Source: Planctopirus limnophila DSM 3776
Lineage (GTDB): Bacteria > Planctomycetota > Planctomycetia > Planctomycetales > Planctomycetaceae
Assembly: GCF_000092105.1 (NCBI RefSeq)
Contig: NC_014148.1
Location: forward strand, 3,840,001 to 3,872,000
DNA: 32,000 bases
Direction: 5' to 3'
The notes beneath the pieces are model-generated. The model was given only the letters and a program-made list of their open reading frames with translations, did no database searches and was not told the DNA's origin. Position 1 is the first letter of the stretch; each line of letters starts with the position of its first letter. A program made the position numbers and the translations under genes. Shown piece by piece: positions 18,766 to 27,756 of this stretch.

Positions 18766-21120
18766 TTATTCTTTGGGAAAAGGCAGATTCTCGAACTTGA
18801 ACGATACCACCTGCTCCTCAGGTTGATCGATCACCTCCACAAGTAAGACCTCATCACCATGAATTGGAAGAGATTTCAATCCAGCGAAAACATGCCACCA
18901 ACGTCCATTCTCGAATCGATTCGACGTGGTTATTTCATGCGGAGTACGAACTTTTCCCTCTAGCTCAAAATAACGAACTTTCATCTCTTTGACATACTGC
19001 ATAGAGTCTGCTGAAAATAAATAATCCGGGTAGTCTTCATAGTCATTCATATCAGGTTTAATCTCCTTCCTTAATCCTAGCTTTTTTATCAATGGGGAAG
19101 CATCATTCGATGATTTACTATCAAACAGGCCTGGGATTTCATGCACCATTCGTTTGCCACCAATCAGGCAGGTGATTTCTCCTTCCATAGAAACGATCCG
19201 TGACGCCTGAAAGCGTTGATTCGTAAATAGAAGAGCCAGATTGTTTTCGTCGGGCTCCACCTGGCCACTATGTCGCAGAATTTTGCAAATGTTCAGCGAC
19301 TCTCCATTCACTTTATCGGTTGAATCGATCACTACCTGACCTTGATCAACCTTGATGCTATGAATTTTGATCTTCCCCATCCCGCTGAGCCGGTTGAACC
19401 TCTCTCCTTTGGCGCGAAAGACAACTCCATGGGGGACGTACTGCTTCCCTGTATCTCCGTCATCAATTCGATAGATACATCTCATGGCTGAAGCGTTCAA
19501 TGTGATACCAGGCTCCAATCCCTGAGCTTCGACAGCTGGCTGAAATGGCGCACCTTGTGTGAAGAAATTCGATTCTCTGGTTTCACGCAGTTTCATTCCC
19601 GGAGCGAAATTCTTCGGCCCGCCCATAGCCATGAGCAGCATGAAACTCGAAGGGAGCTGCATCAACCTTTCTTCATCCGTTGCCGGAATGCTGGTCATAA
19701 GTCTGAGCGAACCCGGATTCTGTTCAGTTTTCAGATTCTCAATGAGATGCTTACTGATCGTGTCCAGATCTTCGGTAAAGTTCGAAATATTGGGCCGGAG
19801 AAATGTCTGAATGTATTTGATCTGATTATCAATCAAGGTTTTTAGTTTTGGGAGTTCATCAGTGCTCTTCGACAGAAGTTGAAAACCTATTGAAAGATCT
19901 TCCCCAACCTTGACCGAAAATTGCGCAGCACTCAGATCATAAGGCCACTTCCCTTGAGTCATCGGGCTTGTGCTCTCGACCTGACCAGGGATCGAAGAGG
20001 CTTTTGATGGATCAATCACCGCTACGAGGAGGTGGGCATCCCGATCGAGTGTCGCCCACATGGGATGGGGTTTGATCGACTCACCCTCGGCAATGGCCCG
20101 CTGAATAGTCTCGACAGAACCAGCTAACAGAACATCTGGCTGACTCAAATAGAATGCGCGTGCGTCTGATCGATCGCCATTGGGATCATAGTAGAGATAG
20201 TCGCGATCAGCATGTTTTCTAATCTCTCCCTTCCCATCGATGGACCGGAGATCGTCATAGCTGACAGGTCTATTGAGATGAAGGACACCCAGAGTGCTCT
20301 TCGTCCACTCCTGAGTTGACGATCCAATCGCTTGAGCAATCCTTGGAAGAAGCACTTCCATCGAATCCTCCGGCAGTGGTGCGGCCTTTTCTATAGCGGC
20401 CGAAATCATTTTCAATCCAATAGTGATACTCTTTATATCCTTCTGAGTGAGTGAGCTCTTTCCGAAAGGTAGATCCGGGCTGACTCCAAACTTGCTGCCC
20501 AGAGAAACAACCATCGGTGACTTGTTAATCTCCGCCGAATTCACATGAATCAGCAGATCGATATCGCGATCAAACCACCCCATTCCAGGAAGAAATTTTT
20601 CAACGGTCGCTTTCTCATTGTCAGCCGTTTGTGCCACTGTTTCCTTACTGGGGAGCATCTGCGCACTGATCGAAGTCTCTGTCGATGCGTCTCCTTGTGG
20701 CGAAGCAGGTTCCGGCGCTGCAACCACCGGCGTGACTTCTCTGCTCGATGAGCCTCGGAAGTACATGGCGGTCACTATCGTGCCCGCAACGAGAACGAGT
20801 AGGCACGCACCTGCAATCAGAGCAACCACTGGCGGCTTTTGGGATACGGGCTGGCGACGAGTCTTCGCTGTCGAGCCATTCCCATGAACTTTTGAGGTTG
20901 ATTTTTTATGCGGTAACTTCGCTGGTGGAGCGATCGGTTCATCAAAGTCCGAACCAAAGCCCCCCTCTTCCTCCGGAAACAACTTGGCTACGAATATCGA
21001 ACCACACTTGGCACATTTGACTTTCTTGCCAAGTTTTTCCGATGAAGCCAATTTGAAAGTTGAATCGCAGTCAGGGCACGAAATCCGCAGTGACGCCATG
21101 CTGTGCTCCGCTAAAGCCAC
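18766..21120 (-). CDS. uncharacterised membrane protein: N-terminal MJ0042-type zinc ribbon, one TM helix, P/A/S/T linker, roughly 600-aa extracytoplasmic domain
   Basis: ISCPDCDSTFKL...VKCAKCGSIFVA forms CxxC...CxxC. The TM helix VVALIAGACLLVLVAGTIVTAMYF lies at about nt 20758-20832. No family recognised for the remainder. The likely true start is ATG 21099 (MASLRISCPDC). Confidence 0.75.
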   Translation of the reverse strand: MALAEHSMASLRISCPDCDSTFKLASSEKLGKKVKCAKCGSIFVAKLFPEEEGGFGSDFDEPIAPPAKLPHKKSTSKVHGNGSTAKTRRQPVSQKPPVVALIAGACLLVLVAGTIVTAMYFRGSSSREVTPVVAAPEPASPQGDASTETSISAQMLPSKETVAQTADNEKATVEKFLPGMGWFDRDIDLLIHVNSAEINKSPMVVSLGSKFGVSPDLPFGKSSLTQKDIKSITIGLKMISAAIEKAAPLPEDSMEVLLPRIAQAIGSSTQEWTKSTLGVLHLNRPVSYDDLRSIDGKGEIRKHADRDYLYYDPNGDRSDARAFYLSQPDVLLAGSVETIQRAIAEGESIKPHPMWATLDRDAHLLVAVIDPSKASSIPGQVESTSPMTQGKWPYDLSAAQFSVKVGEDLSIGFQLLSKSTDELPKLKTLIDNQIKYIQTFLRPNISNFTEDLDTISKHLIENLKTEQNPGSLRLMTSIPATDEERLMQLPSSFMLLMAMGGPKNFAPGMKLRETRESNFFTQGAPFQPAVEAQGLEPGITLNASAMRCIYRIDDGDTGKQYVPHGVVFRAKGERFNRLSGMGKIKIHSIKVDQGQVVIDSTDKVNGESLNICKILRHSGQVEPDENNLALLFTNQRFQASRIVSMEGEITCLIGGKRMVHEIPGLFDSKSSNDASPLIKKLGLRKEIKPDMNDYEDYPDYLFSADSMQYVKEMKVRYFELEGKVRTPHEITTSNRFENGRWWHVFAGLKSLPIHGDEVLLVEVIDQPEEQVVSFKFENLPFPKE

Positions 21121-21228
21121 TCGCCTGTTATGTAGGTCTTGAGCTTATACGTAGCACAGTAAAATGAACAGTACTGCCGGATCCGAATTTTTGAGAATAT
21201 CACCCGAGGACGCAGAGAAAGAAGCCTC

Positions 21229-22731
21229 CTAACCCGGCCCCATGCCCAGGTCGTAGGCCTTCAGATTCTGGCGATAGACAGCGAGTGCCGCATGCAGCGT
21301 CGAGCGGTCGATCTTCCACTGAGGATTGCCATCCGTGAATCGATTACAGTGCTCGACCAGCAGTTGATGCAAAAACTTGAACAGGTGCCGGGGCACGCGC
21401 ATTTGCGACAATGTGCTGACAAGTTCTGCTTCCGTCACGCTGCTGTCGAACCAGTCGAGAAGCTTGGGCGGATTGGTACTGCCATTTGTACAGGCCTTAA
21501 TCCGATCGTTAGCCAGGTCGTACAGCGATTCCCCCGTCCACTCCAATGACCGGATCATATTCTGCTTGTCGAGCCGCGAACGCTCGTAGAACTCGGGGTT
21601 TTCCCGGCTGAGAAAATGACTGATCTCGACAGGCAAAAGCAGCTTAAAGCCCAGTCCCGAATGCTTGAGAAACTTGTTATCGAACATCGGCCACATGAGA
21701 TCACGCATGCGCTCGGCATTGCCGTTGATCAGATGCGGCTCATCGACACGATCCACAATCACCACCATCCCGGTGAAGCCCAACGTTCTCAGCACGCTTT
21801 GTAATTTCGAGAGGAATTCATAGCGGTCATCACTGCGGTCCTTGGCAGGGACAGGCTGTGCCACGAGGTCTTTCGATTCAAAACCCGCCAGCACCTGCTT
21901 GAGTGCAATCAAAGGATGATTCAGCACGCGCACCTGTCGGCAAACGCGCCAGGCCAGCCACAACAATTTTGTCTGCTTGATCAGCCACGGCCCCCACGCC
22001 ACCAGCAGCACCAGCCAAGGCCAGGGCCTGCCCAACTGATTCAGCGAGCCGTTCTGTGCCAGCACCCCAAAGAGGACCAGCGTGGCCAGTGCTCCCAGTC
22101 CCAGTTCCCACCAGCTCACAAAGTTGGCAAACCTCAATTTGCGACGCAAAGCATTCCAGCGTGTGGCGGGATGTGTACTGCGCGCTTTATCGAAAAAGGC
22201 GGCCAGGAGCAGCAGATCCCGCTTCTGTGAACGCGAAAGGCTCGCCAGTCGATCCGCATGAATCTCAAAAGCGCCAGGCTTGGACGTATGGCTCTCTTCC
22301 AGCACATCATCCACGAGCCGAGTCGTCGCTAACGACAGAATGGCGTCCATGTGATCCCATAGCTTCCACTGACTCAAAGCCCGCTCAGGGCGGGAAGAAT
22401 GGGGCGCCACATGCTGGCGGAAGTTATCAAGAAATGGATTGAAGTCGTCGTACTCGACCACAAACACCCGATCATTCGGATGCCCAACGTTATGCTCGGA
22501 AATCTGATCCACCACCTGCAGGCGCAGTGCCGTTTTCCCACTTCCCTTTTCACCAAACACGACGGCTGTCGATGGTTCGCCCGGGTTGCCGCAGATTTTA
22601 TCCCAGGCAGGATGGAACGTGGCCTGCGCACAAAATCGCTTGAACAGCGGATCGCTTTGTGCGTCTTCCTGACTGAATGGATTCTGAGAAAGCCCATGAT
22701 GTTCGAGAAACTGCTGAATCCGCATGAACAA
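21229..22731 (-). CDS. P-loop NTPase with a TM hairpin inserted between Walker A and Walker B (KAP-like topology; ExeA/GspA-like N-terminal motif)
   Basis: Walker A is FGEKGSGKT (nt 22531-22557). Two hydrophobic helices, FANFVSWWELGLGALATLVLFGVLA and WPWLVLLVAWGPWLI, lie at about nt 21952-22131. The Walker B-like motif is MVVIVDRVDE (nt 21740-21769). The N-terminal HHGLSQNPFSQ recalls the FGL..PF start of ExeA-type ATPases. Confidence 0.75.
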   Translation of the reverse strand: MFMRIQQFLEHHGLSQNPFSQEDAQSDPLFKRFCAQATFHPAWDKICGNPGEPSTAVVFGEKGSGKTALRLQVVDQISEHNVGHPNDRVFVVEYDDFNPFLDNFRQHVAPHSSRPERALSQWKLWDHMDAILSLATTRLVDDVLEESHTSKPGAFEIHADRLASLSRSQKRDLLLLAAFFDKARSTHPATRWNALRRKLRFANFVSWWELGLGALATLVLFGVLAQNGSLNQLGRPWPWLVLLVAWGPWLIKQTKLLWLAWRVCRQVRVLNHPLIALKQVLAGFESKDLVAQPVPAKDRSDDRYEFLSKLQSVLRTLGFTGMVVIVDRVDEPHLINGNAERMRDLMWPMFDNKFLKHSGLGFKLLLPVEISHFLSRENPEFYERSRLDKQNMIRSLEWTGESLYDLANDRIKACTNGSTNPPKLLDWFDSSVTEAELVSTLSQMRVPRHLFKFLHQLLVEHCNRFTDGNPQWKIDRSTLHAALAVYRQNLKAYDLGMGPG

Positions 22732-22795
22732 CCTTTACGGCTGGTGAATGTAAGCTCTGCAAGGCCCTCATCAACTCAATAACTGGCACTTTCCA

Positions 22796-22829
22796 CAGAG
22801 CGAAACATGATACAGAGCGAAACATGATT
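22796..22829. repeat. tandem 17-bp direct repeat in the divergent intergenic region
   Basis: CAGAGCGAAACATGATA / CAGAGCGAAACATGATT, back to back (16 of 17 identical), immediately followed by CCTTGACTTCA, which contains TTGACT. Confidence 0.7.
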
Positions 22830-23131
22830 CCTTGACTTCAAATCGCTGGCTTCCATCACCCCAGATCACAAGACCCTGCATCCATCCCTCGATCGAGGTC
22901 ACGTCCTGCCACCTGTGGAACATAGACTGACGACAATCGACGACAGAGCTCACCGGGTCATACCATCGCTGAAGGAAAGACGTTTGCCAGCACAATGCGC
23001 GCCACTACAGAATACCTGTTCTGCGCAAAACATCGCCAGTGACTTGATCCGGGGATCGACCCTTGTGGAAAATTTCACACAGAATAAATCCCACCGCGAA
23101 CCATGATCGTCTGTGAACCATCGAGAACCTC

Positions 23132-23980
23132 GTGACGCTCTCCACAGCAGCCAACACTTCTTGCAGCCCGCTTCTGTGGCCCGACTGGTCGCCAGAGATC
23201 CTGTCCAACTCGCCCAGCCACATCCTGGTGGTGCGCGTCCCGCTCGAAATCTCTCCTGGCCGCCAGACTCAGTTGCGGGAACTTCTTTCCACCTCAGAAC
23301 TGGCACGGGCCGATCGGTATCGATTTCCGGAAGTCGGTCGCCGGTTCATTGCCTGCAGAGCCGCTCTCAAAACATTGCTGGCCATGCACATGCAAGGTTG
23401 CCATCAGCCCAAAGATATTCGGTCGATCGAACTGATCCCCACAGCCAGCGGCAAACCCACCTGGGCCGGCAGCCAGAGCGATTTCAGTGTCAGCCATTCG
23501 GGCGAAATGGCCTTGATTGCCCTCCAGCTCCCCTGCTCAACCTCCACAACAGATCACTCCCCCGCACCGTTGCGACTGGGAATTGACCTCGAACATGCGG
23601 CCCGCACGACTGATTGCCTGCGCCTGGCCCGCCGGTTCTTCGCACCCGGCGAAGTCGCTGCTCTGGAAGCTCTTCCCGCAGAAGAGGTCCAGCGGGCGTT
23701 CTTCCGCTGCTGGACACGTAAAGAAGCCTATGTGAAGGCGATTGGCGTGGGCCTGGCCTACTCGCTGGAAGCGTTTGAAGTCCCGATTGATCCCCTGCCA
23801 CCGGGAACCAGCCACCGGGCACTCCTCTCGCATGCCGCCGATGTTCAACAGGTGCAGCGCTGGCAACTCTTCGAAACTTCCCCCCACCCCCAGTACGAAG
23901 CCGCCCTCTTCCTCGACTCGCCCCACCCTCCAAACATCACCTACGCCACCATCAATTGGGCGCAGACATCGATCTTATGA
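23132..23980 (+). CDS. 4'-phosphopantetheinyl transferase, Sfp type
   Basis: ELARADRYRFPEVGRRFIACRAALK, SGKPTW...FSVSHSGEMALIAL, LGIDLEH and CWTRKEAYVKAIGVGL match the Sfp/EntD-type PPTase motifs, including the W/F-x-x-KEA-x-x-K motif. Confidence 0.85.
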   Translation: MTLSTAANTSCSPLLWPDWSPEILSNSPSHILVVRVPLEISPGRQTQLRELLSTSELARADRYRFPEVGRRFIACRAALKTLLAMHMQGCHQPKDIRSIELIPTASGKPTWAGSQSDFSVSHSGEMALIALQLPCSTSTTDHSPAPLRLGIDLEHAARTTDCLRLARRFFAPGEVAALEALPAEEVQRAFFRCWTRKEAYVKAIGVGLAYSLEAFEVPIDPLPPGTSHRALLSHAADVQQVQRWQLFETSPHPQYEAALFLDSPHPPNITYATINWAQTSIL

Positions 23981-24055
23981 GTCAAGACACCCGCCGGTCT
24001 ACTCGCCGCATCGATCCATCATCACTCGAAAATTCGCCTCGAATCGACACACCAT

Positions 24056-24084
24056 TTGACGTCGCCGGGCACAAAACTTAGTGT
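24056..24084 (+). promoter_or_regulatory. candidate sigma70-type promoter for the RM gene
   Basis: TTGACG (24056-24061), a 17-nt spacer, then TAGTGT (24079-24084), about 90 nt upstream of the ATG at 24172. Consensus rules are borrowed from E. coli, so their applicability here is uncertain. Confidence 0.25.
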
Positions 24085-24171
24085 TTTCATGTTCCCCGCT
24101 TGTCGAATAACTGAATCCGATCACCACAGCTCGATTGTGATCACTGCACACCGTTTGAAACCTGGCCTGCC

Positions 24172-27100
24172 ATGACAGCTGCTTCTGTTGCTTCGATTGA
24201 TCCCGCCGCCTTCATCGCCCGCTGGGCACCTTCTGGTGGTTCCGAGCGGTCGAACTACACGCTCTTTCTCTCCGAACTGTGCGACCTGCTGGGCGTCCCG
24301 AGGCCCGAACCGGCCCAGGCCGATACCTCCCGCAGCTTCTATGTCTTCGAGCGGGATGTCACCTTCCACAACAGCGACGGCACCACCAGCACCGGCCGCA
24401 TCGATCTCTACAAACGCGGCTGCTTCATCCTCGAAGCCAAGCAAGGGGTCGAGCAGGCCGATGCCGTCGAAATCCTCTCCTCCACTCCCGCAAAGCGCCG
24501 AAAGGGTCACGGCACACGCGGCACCAAGGCCTACGACGACACCATGCTCCGCGCCCGCAGCCAGGCCGAGCAATACGCCAAAGCCCTCCCCGCCGATGAA
24601 GGCTGGCCGCCGTTCCTCATTGTCGTTGATGTCGGCCATTCGATCGAACTCTTCGCCGACTTCACCCGCAGCGGCAAGACCTACCTCCCCTTCCCCGATC
24701 CCAAGTCCTACCGCATCCTGCTCAATCAACTGGCGCATGACGACATTCGCCACACGCTGAAAACCGTCTGGACCGATCCCGTCTCGCTCGACCCCTCCCG
24801 CCGGGCTGCCAAAGTCACACGCGAACTCGCCGATCGTCTCGCCCGGCTCGCCAAATCGCTCGAAGCCTCGAAGTTTGACCCCGGGCGCGTGGCGCAGTTT
24901 CTCATGCGGTGCCTCTTCACCATGTTCGCTGAAGATGTCGATCTCATCCCGCGCGAGAGCTTCACCAACCTCCTCAAAAGCCTGCGCGATGATGTCGCCA
25001 ACTTCCCCGAGATGATCCGCTCACTGTGGGTGTCGATGGACAAGGGGCAGTTCGATCCCGTGCTGCGGAAGAAGCTCCGCCGGTTCAATGGGGGTCTCTT
25101 CGAGGACTGCGAAGCCCTTCCCCTCACCCGCGACCAGCTCGAACTCCTCATCGAAGCCAGCCAGGCCCAGTGGCGGGATGTCGAACCGGCGATCTTCGGC
25201 ACACTCCTCGAACGGGCACTCGATCCGCGCGAGCGGCACAAGCTCGGTGCGCACTACACGCCCCGCGCCTATGTCGAACGGCTCGTCATGCCCACGATCA
25301 TGGAGCCGCTCCGCGAGGAATGGGACACCGTCCGGGCCGCCGCCTTCACCGAGGCGGGTCGCGGCCACCGGGAAGCGGCCATTCAGATTCTCCGCGATTT
25401 CCACCGGCAATTGTGCGAAACCCGCGTCCTCGACCCGGCCTGCGGCAGTGGCAACTTCCTCTATGTCGCCTTGGAACATATGAAGCGGCTGGAGGGGGAA
25501 GTCCTCAACACGCTGCACGATCTGGGCTATAAACAGCGGGAAATCATCACGGTTGATCCCCACCAGTTCAAAGGGATCGAAGTCAACCCCCGGGCCGCGG
25601 CCATCGCCGACCTGGTCCTCTGGATCGGCTATCTCCAGTGGCACACTCGCACGCGGAACCTGGACGACATCTCCGAGCCGATCATCCAGAATTTTCATAA
25701 CATCGAATGCCGCGACGCGGTCCTGGCCTGGGATGCGATTGAGGAAGTCCGCGATGAACACGGCCAACCCGTCACCCGCTGGGATGGCCGCACGATGAAG
25801 AAACATCCGGTCACCGGTGAAGACGTCCCCGACGACACCGCCCGCGTACCGGTGGTGAAATACATCAACCCTAGAAAAGCCGAATGGCCAAAGGCGGAGT
25901 ACATTGTTGGGAATCCACCATTTATCGGAAATTCGAGGATGCGTCACGCGTTGGGAGATGGATACGCTGAGTGCATCCGCCAGACGTACAATCGCCTACC
26001 TGAGACTTGTGACTTCGTCATGTATTGGTGGGATCGCGCAGCAGAATTTACTTCTGACAATCAGGTGAATCGTTTTGGATTCATTACGACAAATAGTATT
26101 CGCCAAAAGTTCAGCAGGCGAATACTGGAGCAATACATCAACGGTCCTGTCGCTGCACTCTCTCTCATTTTCGCGATCCCCGACCACCCTTGGGTGGACT
26201 CCTCCGATGGCGCAGCGGTCAGAATTGCGATGACAGTGGCCGCTCCTGGAACTAAAGTAGGTCGTCTAAACAATGTTGCTTCTGAGTCGATCGGCGTTGA
26301 TGACGTCGCAGAAGTAAATCTTCGAGAGCGGATTGGTCGTATCCAAACTGACTTGACAATCGGCGCTAATGTCGCTGGTACACTCACTCTCAAAGCAACA
26401 CAGGGACTAAGTTGCCCCGGAGTTAAATTGCATGGTGCCGGATTCATCGTTTCTCCTGAAGAGGCGAGGCATCTTGGTTTAGGTAGCGTGCCGGGTCTAG
26501 AGCTTCATATTCGACAATATCGTAATGGGCGTGACCTTACTGCTAGTCCAAGAGAGGTCATGGTAATTGACTTGTTCGGCTTGGGCGTTGACGAATTGCG
26601 GCAGCGGTTTCCAGCTGTTTATCAGCACGTCCACGACCATGTGAAACCTGAACGCGATCAGAACAATCGTGCAGTTTACCGCGATAGTTGGTGGATGTTT
26701 GGAGAGCCGCGAGCTGCATTCAGGCCTTCACTGAAGGGCCTTGCACGATATATTGCCACGGTAGAAACTGCCAAGCATCGGGTATTTCAGTTTCTTGATG
26801 CTTCGATATTGCCCGACAACATGCTCGTAGTGATTGCTCTAAACGAATCGTTGCATTTAGGTGTACTAAGTTCCCGTATTCATATTGTTTGGTCTTTGGC
26901 CGCTGGTGGAACATTAGAAGATCGACCCCGATACAACAAATCGCGTTGTTTCGAGCCATTTCCATTTCCCGAAATGCCCAATCCACGCACGCCACGCATC
27001 CGCGAACTTGGCGAGCAACTCGACGCTCATCGCAAGCGACAACAAGCCGCTCATCCTGACTTGACGCTCACCGGCATGTACAACGTCCTCGAAAAGCTCC

Positions 27101-27693
27101 GCTCCGGCGAACTGTTGACGGCCAAGGAGAAGGTGATTCATGAGCAGGGGCTGGTGTCGGTTCTCAAGCAGATTCATGACGACCTCGACGCCGCCGTCTT
27201 CGAAGCCTATGGCTGGCCGGTGACACTCACCGACGAAGAGATCCTCGAACGGCTCGTCGCCCTCAATGCCGAGCGGGCCGAAGAGGAAAAACGCGGGCTC
27301 ATCCGCTGGCTCCGCCCCGAGTTCCAAAACCCCTCCGGCGGCCAGGCGATCCAGCCCGAACTCGAACTCGAACTCGAAACCGAAGCCGAGGACGAAGAAG
27401 AAACCGCCGCAGCCACCACGAAGAAAGGCGGCAAAGCCAAAAAGGGAGCTGGCAAAACAGCCCCAGGCGGCAAGACCAAAGCCCCCGCAAAGCAGCCCTG
27501 GCCCACCAAACTTTCTGAGCAGGTGCAGGCCCTCATTCAGAAACTGCAAACCGCCGACAGCCCGCTGACTGCCCAGGAACTCGCCAAAGCCTTCACCCGC
27601 GCGAACGCCGACACGATCGACGAACTCCTGGAAACCCTCGTCGCCATCGGCAAAGCCAGGCAAGTTGGCGACGACAAGTTCACAGCCGTGTAG
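24172..27693 (+). CDS. MmeI-like single-polypeptide Type IIL/IIG restriction-modification enzyme (PD-ExK nuclease, helical spacer, N6-adenine methyltransferase, TRD, C-terminal extension)
   Basis: The N-terminal [18 protein letters not shown] supplies D...ExK (D codon 24403-24405, E 24432-24434, K 24438-24440). SAM motif I is [13 protein letters not shown] (about 25426-25464). Catalytic motif IV is NPPF (25912-25923). Size and domain order match the MmeI family. Confidence 0.85.
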   Translation: MTAASVASIDPAAFIARWAPSGGSERSNYTLFLSELCDLLGVPRPEPAQADTSRSFYVFERDVTFHNSDGTTSTGRIDLYKRGCFILEAKQGVEQADAVEILSSTPAKRRKGHGTRGTKAYDDTMLRARSQAEQYAKALPADEGWPPFLIVVDVGHSIELFADFTRSGKTYLPFPDPKSYRILLNQLAHDDIRHTLKTVWTDPVSLDPSRRAAKVTRELADRLARLAKSLEASKFDPGRVAQFLMRCLFTMFAEDVDLIPRESFTNLLKSLRDDVANFPEMIRSLWVSMDKGQFDPVLRKKLRRFNGGLFEDCEALPLTRDQLELLIEASQAQWRDVEPAIFGTLLERALDPRERHKLGAHYTPRAYVERLVMPTIMEPLREEWDTVRAAAFTEAGRGHREAAIQILRDFHRQLCETRVLDPACGSGNFLYVALEHMKRLEGEVLNTLHDLGYKQREIITVDPHQFKGIEVNPRAAAIADLVLWIGYLQWHTRTRNLDDISEPIIQNFHNIECRDAVLAWDAIEEVRDEHGQPVTRWDGRTMKKHPVTGEDVPDDTARVPVVKYINPRKAEWPKAEYIVGNPPFIGNSRMRHALGDGYAECIRQTYNRLPETCDFVMYWWDRAAEFTSDNQVNRFGFITTNSIRQKFSRRILEQYINGPVAALSLIFAIPDHPWVDSSDGAAVRIAMTVAAPGTKVGRLNNVASESIGVDDVAEVNLRERIGRIQTDLTIGANVAGTLTLKATQGLSCPGVKLHGAGFIVSPEEARHLGLGSVPGLELHIRQYRNGRDLTASPREVMVIDLFGLGVDELRQRFPAVYQHVHDHVKPERDQNNRAVYRDSWWMFGEPRAAFRPSLKGLARYIATVETAKHRVFQFLDASILPDNMLVVIALNESLHLGVLSSRIHIVWSLAAGGTLEDRPRYNKSRCFEPFPFPEMPNPRTPRIRELGEQLDAHRKRQQAAHPDLTLTGMYNVLEKLRSGELLTAKEKVIHEQGLVSVLKQIHDDLDAAVFEAYGWPVTLTDEEILERLVALNAERAEEEKRGLIRWLRPEFQNPSGGQAIQPELELELETEAEDEEETAAATTKKGGKAKKGAGKTAPGGKTKAPAKQPWPTKLSEQVQALIQKLQTADSPLTAQELAKAFTRANADTIDELLETLVAIGKARQVGDDKFTAV

Positions 27694-27756
27694 AACAGAA
27701 AGTCTCGCGCGAAGGCGCGAAGGATTCCAAGAAGAGCATGCGCTCTGGGTGGGTGG

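Noticed and set aside
22796-22829. CRISPR-like array
   Set aside because: There are only two abutting 17-bp units with no spacers. No repeat-spacer architecture exists anywhere in the window.
24119-24144. GATCAC / GTGATCAC short palindromes just upstream of the RM start as a controller-protein operator
   Set aside because: The stems are only 6-8 bp and no C-protein gene is present. Matches this short are expected by chance.
24121-25947. Many long ORFs on the opposite strand and in alternate frames (24121..24753 -, 24188..24760 +, 24726..25241 -, 25021..25947 -, 25026..25532 +)
   Set aside because: They lie entirely inside the strongly GC3-biased part of the RM gene. Their translations are Arg/Pro/Gly/Ala-rich low-complexity strings without motifs, so I treat them as classic shadow ORFs of a high-GC coding frame.
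26914-27663. 249-aa minus-strand ORF and nested ORFs over the 3' end of the RM gene
   Set aside because: Same shadow-ORF explanation. The plus-strand frame carries a continuous, recognisable enzyme sequence through this region.
24172-27693. BREX PglX methyltransferase identity for the 1173-aa protein
   Set aside because: No brxA/B/C, pglZ or brxL genes flank it within the window, and the N-terminus carries a D...ExK nuclease-like motif characteristic of MmeI-type enzymes. This cannot be fully excluded without profile searches.
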